Shown here: positions 33,601 through 46,100 of the stretch, one piece after another
How positions within the stretch are numbered: the stretch's first letter is position 1
Layout of the letters: the number at the start of each line of letters is the position of its first letter
Assembly (NCBI GenBank): GCA_964016885.1
Contig: OZ024741.1
Location: 1,426,001-1,490,000, forward strand
DNA from: Eledone cirrhosa
Lineage: Eukaryota
DNA: 64,000 nucleotides
Direction: 5' to 3'
Notes under the pieces: generated by a model
Database searches by the model: none
What the model was told of the DNA's origin: nothing
Seen by the model: only the letters and a program-made list of their open reading frames with translations
Translations under genes and position numbers: made by a program

Positions 33601-36600
33601 TAGATTATTAAAGGTAACATGTCCTACCTACAGATAGATTATTAAAGGTAACATCTACCTACAGATAGATTATTAAAGGTAACATCTCCTACCTACAGAT
33701 AGATTATTAAAGGTAACATCTACCTACAGATAGATTATTAAAGGTAACATCTACCTACAGATAGATTATTAAAGGTAACATCTCCTACCTACAAATAGAT
33801 TATTAAAGGTAACATCTCCTACCTACAGGTAGATTATTAAAGGTAACATCTCCTGCCTACAGATAGATTATTAAAGGTAATATCTCCTACCTACAGATAG
33901 ATTATTAAAGGTAACATCTCCTACCTACAGATAGACTATTAAAGGTAACTTCTACCTACAGATAAATTATTAAAGGTAACATCTCCTACCTACAGGTAGA
34001 TTATTAAAGGTAACATCTCCTACCTATAGATAGATTATTAAAGGTAACATCTCCTACCTACAGATAGATTATTAAAGGTAACATCTCCTAACTACAGATA
34101 GATTATTAAAGGTAACATCTACCTACAGAGGGATTATTAAAGATAACATCTCCTACCTACAGATAGATTATTAAAGGTAACATCTACTACCTACAGATAA
34201 ATTATTAAAGACAACATCTCCTACCTACAGAAAGATTATTAAAGGTAACATCTACCTACAGATAGATTATTAAAGGTAACATCTCCTACCTACAGATAGA
34301 TTATTAAAGGTAACATCTCCTACCTACAGATAGATTATTAAAGGTAACATCTACCTACAGATAGATTATTAAAGGTAACATATATCTACAGATAGATTAT
34401 TAAAGGTAACATCTCCTGGCTACAGATAGATTATTAAAGGTAACATCTCCTACCTACAGATAGATTATTAAAGGTAACATCTCCTACCTACAGATAGATT
34501 ATTAAAGGTAACTTCTCCTACCTACAGATAGATTATTAAAGGTAACATCTCCTACCTACAGGTAGATTATTAAAGGTAACATCTCCTACCTACAGGTAGA
34601 TTATTAAAGGTAACATCTCCTATCTACAGATAGATTATTAAAGGTAACATATATCTACAGATAGATTATTAAAGGTAACATCTCCTACCTACAGATAGAT
34701 TATTAGAGGTAACATCTCCTACCTACAGATAGATAGTTAAAGGTAACATCTACTACCTACAGATAAATTATTAAAGGTAACATGTCCTACCTACAGATAG
34801 ATTATTAAAGGTAACATCTACCTACAGATAGATTATTAAAGGTAAAATGTCCTACCTACAGATAGATTATTAAAGGTAACATCTACTACTTACAGATAGA
34901 TTATTAAAGGTAACATGTCCTACCTACATATAGATTATTAAAGGTAACATCTACCTACAGATAGATTATTAAAGGTAACATCTCCTACCTACAGATAAAT
35001 TATTAAAGGTAACATCTACCTACAGATAGATTATTAAAGGTAACATCTACTACCTACAGATAGATTAATAAAGGTAACATGTCCTACCTACAGATAGATT
35101 ATTAAAGGTAACATCTCCTACCTACAGATAGATTATTAAAGGTAACATCTCTTACCTACAGATAGATTATTAAAGGTAACATCTACCTACAGATAGATTA
35201 TTAAAGGTAACATCTCCTACCTACAGATAGATTATTAAAGGTAACATCTCCTACCTACAGATAGATTATTAAAGGTAACATCTACCTACAGATAGATTAT
35301 TAAAGGTAACATATATCTACAGATAGATTATTAAAGGTAACATCTCCTGGCTACAGATAGATTATTAAAGGTAACATCTCCTACCTACAGATAGATTATT
35401 AAAGGTAACATATCCTACCTACAGATAGATTATTAAAGGTAACATGTCCTACCTACAGATAGATTATCAAAGGTAACATCTCCTACCTACAGATAGATTA
35501 TTAAAGGTAACATCTCCTACCTACAGATAGATTATTAAAGGTAACATCTCCTGCCTACAGATAGATTATTAAAGGTAACATGTCCTACCTACAGATAGAT
35601 TATTAAAGGTAACATCTCCTACCTACAGATAGATTATTAAAGGTAACATGTCCTACCTACAGATAGATTATCAAAGGTAACATCTCCTACCTACAGATAG
35701 ATTATCAAAGGTAACATCTCCTACCTACAGATAGATTATTAAAGGTAACATCTCCTACCTACAGATAGATTATTAAAGGTAACATCTCCTACCTACAGGT
35801 AGATTATTAAAGGTAACATCTCCTACCTACAGGTAGATTATTAAAGGTAACATCTCCTATCTACAGATAGATTATTAAAGGTAACATATATCTACAGATA
35901 GATTATTAAAGGTAACATCTCCTACCTACAGATAGATTATTAAAGGTAACATCTACCTACAGATAGATAGTTAAAGGTAACATCTACTACCTACAGATAA
36001 ATTATTAAAGGTAACATGTCCTACCTACAGATAGATTATTAAAGGTAACATCTACCTACAGATAGATTATTAAAGGTAAAATGTCCTACCTACAGATAGA
36101 TTATTAAAGGTAACATCTACTACTTACAGATAGATTATTAAAGGTAACATGTCCTACCTACATATAGATTATTAAAGGTAACATCTACCTACAGATAGAT
36201 TATTAAAGGTAACATCTCCTACCTACAGATAAATTATTAAAGGTAACATCTACCTACAGATAGATTATTAAAGGTAACATCTACTACCTACAGATAGATT
36301 AATAAAGGTAACATGTCCTACCTACAGATAGATTATTAAAGGTAACATCTCCTACCTACAGATAGATTATTAAAGGTAACATCTCTTACCTACAGATAGA
36401 TTATTAAAGGTAACATCTACCTACAGATAGATTATTAAAGGTAACATCTCCTACCTACAGATAGATTATTAAAGGTAACATCTCCTACCTACAGATAGAT
36501 TATTAAAGGTAACATCTACCTACAGATAGATTATTAAAGGTAACATATATCTACAGATAGATTATTAAAGGTAACATCTCCTGGCTACAGATAGATTATT

Positions 36601-37025
36601 AAAGGTAACATCTCCTACCTACAGATAGATTATTAAAGGTAACATCTCCTACCTACAGATGGATTATTAAAGGTAACATGTCCTACCTACAGATAGATTA
36701 TCAAAGGTAACATCTCCTACCTACAGATAGATTATTAAAGGTAACATCTCCTACCTACAGATAGATTATTAAAGGTAACATCTCCTGCCTACAGATAGAT
36801 TATTAAAGGTAACATGTCCTACCTACAGATAGATTATTAAAGGTAACATCTACCTACAGATAGATTATTAAAGGTAACATCTCCTACCTACAGATAGATT
36901 ATTAAAGGTAACATCTACCTACAGATAGATTATTAAAGGTAACATCTACCTACAGATAGATTATTAAAGGTAACATCTCCTACCTACAAATAGATTATTA
37001 AAGGTAACATCTCCTACCTACAGGT
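30670..37025. repeat. Tandem duplication within satellite A, period 3161 bp (3195 after one extra monomer), containing a 1.2-kb sub-repeat
   Basis: CCTGCC 30691/33852, GAGGGATT 30967/34128, ATTAGAGG 31541/34702 (3161); CAGATGGA 33461/36656 (3195). Sub-repeat marker GATAGTTAAA at 31571, 32771, 34732, 35966 and again at 38264. Confidence 0.9.
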
Positions 37026-40000
37026 AGATTATTAAAGGTAACATCTCCTACCTACGGGTAGATTATTAAAGGTAACATCTCCTATCTACAGATAGATTAT
37101 TAAAGGTAACATATATCTACAGATAGATTATTAAAGGTAACATCTCCTACCTAGAGATAGATTATTAAAGGTAACATCTCCTACCTACAGGTAGATTATT
37201 AAAGGTAACATCTCCTATCTACAGATAGATTATTAAAGGTAACATATATCTACAGATAGATTATTAAAGGTAACATCTCCTACCTACAGGTAGATTATTA
37301 AAGGTAACATCTCCTATCTACAGATAGATTATTAAAGGTAACATATATCTACAGATAGATTATTAAAGGTAACATCTCCTACCTACAGATAGATTATTAA
37401 AGGTAACATCTCCTACCTACAGATAGATTATTAAAGGTAACATCTCCTACCTACAGGTAGATTATTAAAGGTAACATCTCCTACCTACAGGTAGATTATT
37501 AAAGGTAACATCTCCTACCTACAGATAGATTATTAAAGGTAACATCTCCTACCTACAGATAGATTATTAAAGGTAACATCTACCTACAGATAGATTATTA
37601 AAGGTAACATATATCTACAGATAGATTATTAAAGGTAACATCTCCTGGCTACAGATAGATTATTAAAGGTAACATCTCCTACCTACAGATAGATTATTAA
37701 AGGTAACATCTCCTACCTACAGATAGATTATTAAAGGTAACATGTCCTACCTACAGATAGATTATCAAAGGTAACATCTCCTACCTACAGATAGATTATT
37801 AAAGGTAACATCTCCTACCTACAGATAGATTATTAAAGGTAACATCTCCTGCCTACAGATAGATTATTAAAGGTAACATGTCCTACCTACAGATAGATTA
37901 TTAAAGGTAACATCTCCTACCTACAGATAGATTATTAAAGGTAACATGTCCTACCTACAGATAGATTATCAAAGGTAACATCTCCTACCTACAGATAGAT
38001 TATCAAAGGTAACATCTCCTACCTACAGATAGATTATTAAAGGTAACATCTCCTACCTACAGATAGATTATTAAAGGTAACATCTCCTACCTACAGGTAG
38101 ATTATTAAAGGTAACATCTCCTACCTACAGGTAGATTATTAAAGGTAACATCTCCTATCTACAGATAGATTATTAAAGGTAACATATATCTACAGATAGA
38201 TTATTAAAGGTAACATCTCCTACCTACAGATATATTATTAAAGGTAACATCTACCTACAGATAGATAGTTAAAGGTAACATCTACTACCTACAGATAAAT
38301 TATTAAAGGTAACATGTCCTACCTACAGATAGATTATTAAAGGTAACATCTACCTACAGATAGATTATTAAAGGTAAAATGTCCTACCTACAGATAGATT
38401 ATTAAAGGTAACATCTACTACTTACAGATAGATTATTAAAGGTAACATGTCCTACCTACATATAGATTATTAAAGGTAACATCTACCTACAGATAGATTA
38501 TTAAAGGTAACATCTCCTACCTACAGATAAATTATTAAAGGTAACATCTACCTACAGATAGATTATTAAAGGTAACATCTACTACCTACAGATAGATTAA
38601 TAAAGGTAACATGTCCTACCTACAGATAGATTATTAAAGGTAACATCTCCTACCTACAGATAGATTATTAAAGGTAACATCTCTTACCTACAGATAGATT
38701 ATTAAAGGTAACATCTCCTACCTACAGATAGATTATTAAAGGTAACATCTTCCTACAGATAGATTATTAAAGGTAACATCTCCTACCTACAGATAGATTA
38801 TTAAAGGTAACATCTACCTACAGATAGATTATTAAAGGTAACATCTACCTACAGATAGATTAGTAAAGGTAACATCTCCTACCTACAGATAGATTATTAA
38901 AGGTAACAACTCCTACCTACAGATAGATTATTAAAGGTAACATCTCCTACCTACAGATAGACTATTAAAGGTAACTTCTACCTACAGATAAATTATTAAA
39001 GGTAACATCTCCTACCTACAGGTAGATTATTAAAGGTAACATCTCCTACCTATAGATAGATTATTAAAGGTAACATCTCCTACCTACAGATAGATTATTA
39101 AAGGTAACATCTCCTACCTACAGATAGATTATTAAAGGTAACATCTACCTACAGAGGGATTATTAAAGATAACATCTCCTACCTACAGATAGATTATTAA
39201 AGGTAACATCTACTACCTACAGATAAATTATTAAAGACAACATCTCCTACCTACAGATAGATTATTAAAGGTAACATCTACCTACAGATAGATTATTAAA
39301 GGTAACATCTCCTATCTACAGATAGATTATTTAAGGTAACATCTACCTACAGATAGATTATTAAAGGTAACATCTACCTACAGATAGATTATTAAAGGTA
39401 ACATCTCCTACCTACAGATAGATTATTAAAGGTAACATCTCCTACCTACAGATAGATTATTAAAGGTAACATCTACCTACAGATAGATTATTAAAGGTAA
39501 CATCTCCTACCTACAGATGGATTATTAAAGGTAACATCTCCTACCTACAGATAGATTATTAAAGGTAACATCTCCTACCTACAGATAGATTATTAAAGGT
39601 AACATCTCCTACCTACATATAGATTATTAAAGGTAACATCTACTACCTACAGATAGATTATTAAAGGTAACATCTCCTACCTACAGATAGATTATTAAAG
39701 GTAACATCTACTACCTACAGATAGATTATTAAAGGTAACATCTCCTGCCTACAGATAGATTATTAAAGGTAACATATCGTACCTACAGATAGATTATTAA
39801 AGGTAACATCTACCTACAGATAGATTATTAGAGGTAACATCTCCTACCTACAGATAGATTATTAAAGGTAACCTCTACCTACAGACAGATTATTAAAGGT
39901 AACATCTCCTGCCTACAGATAGATTATTAAAGGTAACATATCCTACCTACAGATAGATTATTAAAGGTAACATCTACCTACAGATAGATTATTAGAGGTA

Positions 40001-43000
40001 ACATCTCCTACCTACAGATAGATTATTAAAGGTAACATCTCCTACTTACAGATAGATTATTAAAGCTAACATCTCCTACCTACAGATAGATTATTAAAGG
40101 TAACATCTACCTACAGATAGATTATTAAAGGTAACATCTCCTACCTACAGATATATTATTAAAGCTAACATCTCCTACCTACAGATAGATTATTAAAGGT
40201 AACATCTCCTACATACAGATAGATTTTTAAAGGTAACATCTACTTCCTACAGATAGATTATTAAAGGTAACATCTCCTACCTACAGATAGATTATTAAAG
40301 GTAACATCTACCTACAGATAGATTATTAAAGGTAACATCTACTACCTACAGATAGATTATTAAAGGTAACATCTACCTACAGTAAGATTATTAAAGGTAA
40401 CATCTACTACCTACAGATATATTATTAAAGGTAACATCTCCTACCTACAGATAGATTATTAAAGGTAACATCTCCTACCTACAGATAGATTATTAAAGGT
40501 AACATCTACCTACAGATAGATTATTAAAGGTAACATCTACCTACAGATAGATTATTAAAGGTAACATCTCCTACCTACAGATAGATTATTAAAGGTAACA
40601 TCTACCTACAGATAGATTATTAAAGGTAACATCTACCTACAGATAGATTATTAAAGGTAACATCTCCTACCTACAGATAGATTATTAAAGGTAACATCTC
40701 CTACCTACAGATAGATTATTAAAGGTAACATCTCCTACCTACAGATAGATTATTAAAGGTAACATCTCCTACCTACAGATAGATTATTCAAGGTAACATC
40801 TCCTACCTACAGATAGATTATTAAAGGTAACATCTCCTACCTACAGATAGATTATTAAAGGTAACATCTCCTACCTACAGATAGATTATTAAAGGTAACA
40901 TCTACTACCTACAGATAGATTATTAAAGGTAACATCTCCTACCTACAGATAGATTATTAAAGGTAACATCTACCTACAGATAGATTATTAAAGGTAACAT
41001 CTCCTACCTACAGATAGATTATTAAAGGTAACATCTCCTACCTACAGGTAGATTATTAAAGGTAACATCTCCTACCTACAGGTAGATTATTAAAGGTAAC
41101 ATCTCCTATCTACAGATAGATTATTAAAGGTAACATATATCTACAGATAGATTATTAAAGGTAACATCTCCTACCTACAGATAGATTATTAAAGGTAACA
41201 TCTCCTACCTACAGATAGATTATTAAAGGTAACATCTACCTACAGATAGATAATTAAAGGTAACAACTACTACCTACAGATAAATTATTAAAGGTAACAT
41301 GTACTACCTATAGATACATTATTAAAGTTAACATCTCCTACTTACAGATAGATTATTAAAGGTATCATCTCCTACCTACAGATAGATTATTAAAGGTAAC
41401 ATCTACCTACAGATAGATTATTAAAGGTAACATCTACCTACAGATAGATTATTAAAGGTAACATCTCCTACCTACAGATAGATTATTAAAGGTAACATCT
41501 ACCTACAGATAGATTATTAAAGGTAACATCTACCTACAGATAGATTATTAAAGGTAACATCTCCTACCTACAGATAGATTATTAAAGGTAACATCTACGT
41601 ACAGATAGATTATTAAAGGTAACATCTCCTACCTACAGATAGATTATTAAAGATAACATCTACCTACATATAGATTATTAAAGGTAACATCTACCTACAG
41701 ATAGATTATTAAAGGTAACATCTCCTACCTACAGATAGATTATTAAAGGTAACATCTACTACCTACAGATAGATTATTAAAGGTAACATCTACCTACAGA
41801 TAGATTATTAAAGGTAACATCTCCTACCTACAGATAGATTATTAAAGATAACATCTACCTACAGATAGATTATTAAAGGTAACATCTACCTACAGATAGA
41901 TTATTAAAGGTAACATCTCCTACCTACAGATAGATTATTAAAGGTAACATCTACTACCTACAGATAGATTATTAAAGGTAACATCTACCTACAGATAGAT
42001 TATTAAAGGTAACATCTCCTACCTACAGATAGATTATTAAAGGTAACATCTACTACCTACAGATAGATTATTAAAGGTAACATCTACTACCTACAGATAG
42101 ATTATTAAAGGTAACATCTACCTACAGATAGATTATTAAAGGTAACATCTACTACCTACAGATAGATTATTAAAGGTAACATCACCTACCTACAGATAGA
42201 TTATTAAAGGTAACATCTCCTAACTACAGATAGATTATTAAAGGTAACATCTACTACCTACAGATAAATTATTAAAGACAACATCTCCTACCTACAGAAG
42301 AATTATTAAAGGTAACATCTACCTACAGATAGATTATTAAAGGTAACATCTCCTACCTACAGAAATATTATTAAAGGTAACATCTCCTACCTACAGGTAG
42401 ATTATTAAAGGTAACATCTCCTACCTACAGATAGATTATTAAAGGTAACATCTCTTACCTACAGATAGATTATTAAAGGTAACATCTCCTATCTACAGAT
42501 AGATTATTTAAGGTAACATCTACCTACAGATAGATTATTAAAGGTAACATCTCCTACCTACAGATAGATTATTAAAGGTAACATCTACCTACAGTTAGAT
42601 TATTAAAGGTAACATCTACTACCTACAGATAGATTATTAAAGGTAACATGTCCTACCTACAGATAGATTATTAAAGGTAACATCTACCTACAGATAGATT
42701 ATTAAAGGTATCATCTCCTACCTACAGATAGATTATTAAAGGTAACATCTACCTACAGATAGATTATTAAAGGTATCATCTCCTACCTACAGATAGATTA
42801 TTAAAGGTAACATCTACCTACAGATAGATTATTAAAGGTAACATCTCCTGCCTACAGATAGATTATTAAAGTTAACATCTCCTACTTACAGATAGATTAT
42901 TAAAGGTATCATCTCCTACCTACAGATAGATTATTAAAGGTAACATCTCCTGCCTACAGATAGATTATTAAAGTTAACATCTCCTACTTACAGATAGATT

Positions 43001-43078
43001 ATTAAAGGTATCATCTCCTACCTACAGATAGATTATTAAAGTTAACATCTCCTACCTACAGATAAATTATTAAAGGTA

Positions 43079-43101
43079 ACATCTTTCAGGTAGAAAGATG
43101 T
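43079..43101. other. A/B junction with a perfect 9-bp inverted repeat (ACATCTTTC-AGGTA-GAAAGATGT)
   Basis: 43079-43087 ACATCTTTC is the exact reverse complement of 43093-43101 GAAAGATGT, with a 5-nt loop. A-type sequence ends at 43084 and B-type starts immediately. Confidence 0.93.
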
Positions 43102-46100
43102 GGTCAGGGAACTCCAGATTTGAAATAAGGTTCAGGAAGAAAGACGTGGTCAGCGACTCCAGGTTGTTTGAAACATGTTTCGGGTTGAAAGATGTGGTCA
43201 GCGAACTCCAGTTTTTTTGAAGCATGGTTCAAGTAGAAAGATATCGTCAGCGAACTCCAGGTCGTTTGAAGGATGGTTCACATAGAAAGATGTGGTCAGA
43301 GATTCCAGGTTGTTTGAAGCATGGTGCAAGTAGAAAGATGTCGTTAGTGAACTCCAGGTTGTTTGAAGCATGTTTCAGGTAGAAAGATGTGGTCTGCGAA
43401 CTCCAGGTTGCTTGAAGCATGGTGCAAGTAGAAAGAGGTGGTCAGCAAACTCATGTTGTTTGAAGCATGGTTCAAGCAGAAAGATGTGGTCAGCGAACTC
43501 CAGGTTGTTTGAAGCATGGTTCAGGTAGAAAGATGTTGTCAGGGAACTCCAGGTTGTTTGAAATAAGTTTCAGGAAGAAAGATGTGGTCAGCGACTCCAG
43601 GTTGTTTGAAACATGTTTCAGGTAGAAAGGTATGGTCAGCGAACTCCAGTTTGTTTGAAGCATGGTTCAAGTAGAAAGATGTGGTCAGAAAACTCCAGGT
43701 TGTTTGAAGCATGGTTCAAGCAGAAAGATGTGGTCAGCGAACTCCAGGTTGTTTGAAGCATGGTTCTGGTAGAAAGATATGGTCAGTGATCTCCAGGTTG
43801 TTTGAAATAAGGTTCAAGAAGAAGATGTGGTCAGCGACTCCAGGTTGTTAGAAGCATGGTTCAGGTAGAAAGATGTGGTCAGCGAACTCCAGGTTGTTTG
43901 ATGCATGGTTCTGGCAGAAAGATATGGTCAGGGAACTCCAGGTTGTTTGAAATAATGTTCAAGAAGGAGATGTGGTCAGCAACTCCAGGTTGTTAGAAGC
44001 ATGGTTCAGGTAGAAAGATGTGGTCAACGAACTACAGGTTGTTTGAAGAATGGTTCAAGTAGAAAAAGGTGGTCAGCAAACTCCAGGTTGTTTGAAGCAT
44101 GGTTCAAGCAGAAAGATGTGGTCAGCGAACTCCAGGTTGTTTGAAGCATGGTTAAGGTAGAAAGATGTGGTCAGCTGTCTCCAGGTTGTTTGAAGAATGG
44201 TTCAAGTAGAAAGATGTTGTCAGGGAACTCCAGGTTTCTTGAAATAAGATTCAAGATGAAAGATGTGGTCAGCCTCTCCAGTTGTTTGAAGCATGGTTCA
44301 GGTATAAAGATGTGGTCAGCGAATTCCAGTTTGTTTGAAGCATGGCTCAGGTAGAAGGATGTGGTCAGGGAACTCCAGATTTGAAATAAGGTTCAGGAAG
44401 AAAGATGTGGTCAGAGTGTCCAGGTTGTTTGAAACATAGTTCGGGTAGAAAGATGTGGTCAGCGACTCCAGGTTGTTTGAAACATGTTTCAGGTAGAAAG
44501 GTATGGTCAGCGAAATCCAGTTGGTTTGAAGCATGGTTCAAGTAGAAAGATGTGTTCAGAAAACTCCAGGTTGTTTGAAGCATGGTTCAAGTAGAAAGAT
44601 ATCGTCAGCGAACTCCAGGTTGTTTGAAGGATGGTTCACATAGAAAGATGTGGTCAGAGATTCCAGGTTGTTTGAAGCATGGTGCAAGTAGAAAGATGTC
44701 GTTAGTGAACTCCAGGTTGTTTGAAGCATGTTTCAGGTAGAAAGATGTGGTCTGCGAACTCCAGGTTGCTTGAAGCATGGTGCAAGTAGAAAGAGGTGGT
44801 CAGCAAACTCATGTTGTTTGAAGAATGGTTCAAGCAGAAAGATGTGGTCAGCGAACTCCAGGTTGTTTGAAGCATGGTTCAGGTAGAAAGATGTTGTCAG
44901 GGAACTCCAGGTTGTTTGAAATAAGTTTCAGGAAGAAAGATGTGGTCAGCGACTCCAGGTTGTTTGAAACATGTTTCAGGTAGAAAGGTATGGTCAGCGA
45001 ACTCCAGTTTGTTTGAAGCATGGTTCAAGTAGAAAGATGTGGTCAGAAAACTCCAGGTTGTTTGAAGCATGGTTCAAGCAGAAAGATGTGGTCAGCGAAC
45101 TCCAGGTTGTTTGAAGCATGGTTCTGGTAGAAAGATATGGTCAGTGATCTCCAGGTTGTTTGAAATAAGGTTCAAGAAGAAGATGTGGTCAGCAACTCCA
45201 GGTTGTTAGAAGCATGGTTCAGGTAGAAAGATGTGGTCAGCGAACTCCAGGTTGTTTGATGCATGGTTCTGGCAGAAAGATATGGTCAGGGAACTCCAGG
45301 TTGTTTGAAATAAGGTTCAAGAAGAAGATGTGGTCAGCGACTCCAGGTTGTTAGAAGCATGGTTCAGGTAGAAAGATGTGGTCAACGAACTACAGGTTGT
45401 TTGAAGAATGGTTCAAATAGAAAGAGGTGGTCAGCAAACTCCAGGTTGTTTGAAGCATGGTTCAAGCAGAAAGATGTGGTCAGCGAACTCCAGGTTGTTG
45501 GAAGCATGGTTAAGGTAGAAAGATGTGGTCAGCTGTCTCCAGGTTGTTTGAAGAATGGTTCAAGTAGAAAGATGTTGTCAGGGAACTCCAGGTTGTTTGA
45601 AATAAGATTCAAGATGAAAGATGTGGTCAGAGTCTCCAGTTGTTTGAAGTATGGTTCAGGTAGAAGGATGTGGTCAGGGAACTCAAGATTTGAAATAAGG
45701 TTCAGGAAGAAAGATGTGGTCAGAGTGTCCAGGTTGTTTGAAACATAGTTCGGGTAGAAAGATGTGGTCAGCGGCTCCAGGTTGTTTGAAACATTTTCAG
45801 GTAGAAAGGTATGGTCAGCGAACTCCAGTTGGTTTGAAGCATGGTTCAAGTAGAAATATGTGTTCAGAAAACTCCAGGTTGTTTGAAGCATGGTTTTGGT
45901 AGAAAGATATGGTCAGGGAATTCCAGGTTGTTTGAAATAAGGTTCAAGAAGAAGATGTGGTCAGCGACTCCAGGTTGTTAGAAGCATGGTTCAGGGAGAA
46001 AGATGTGGTCAACGATCTCCAGGTTTTTTGAAGCATGTTTCAGGTAGAAAGATGTGGTCAGCGAACTACAGGTTGTTTGAAGAATGGTTCAAGTAGAAAG

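Larger units (their letters stand above)
1..43084. repeat. Satellite A: tandem array of 34-bp and 31-bp monomers (about 1300 copies), open at the left window edge
   Basis: Uninterrupted head-to-tail copies of GATAGATTATTAAAGGTAACATCT(CCT/ACT/---)ACCTACA from base 1 to ...GGTAACATCT at 43084. The 34-mer consensus is 11/34 GC with no CpG. The ORF track has no ORF in these 43 kb. Confidence 0.99.

Noticed and set aside
1-43084. CRISPR array (repeat length 31-34 bp)
   Set aside because: Monomers are directly adjacent with no unique spacers, leader or cas genes.
1-43084. GATA-factor (AGATAG) and homeodomain (ATTA) sites, or Bkm (GATA)n satellite
   Set aside because: Such short motifs are expected in any AT-rich monomer, and there is no true (GATA)n run.
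43070-43110. Transposon end or rho-independent terminator at the junction
   Set aside because: No target-site duplication, partner terminal repeat or coding remnant; the stem is AT-rich with no U-tract and no upstream gene.
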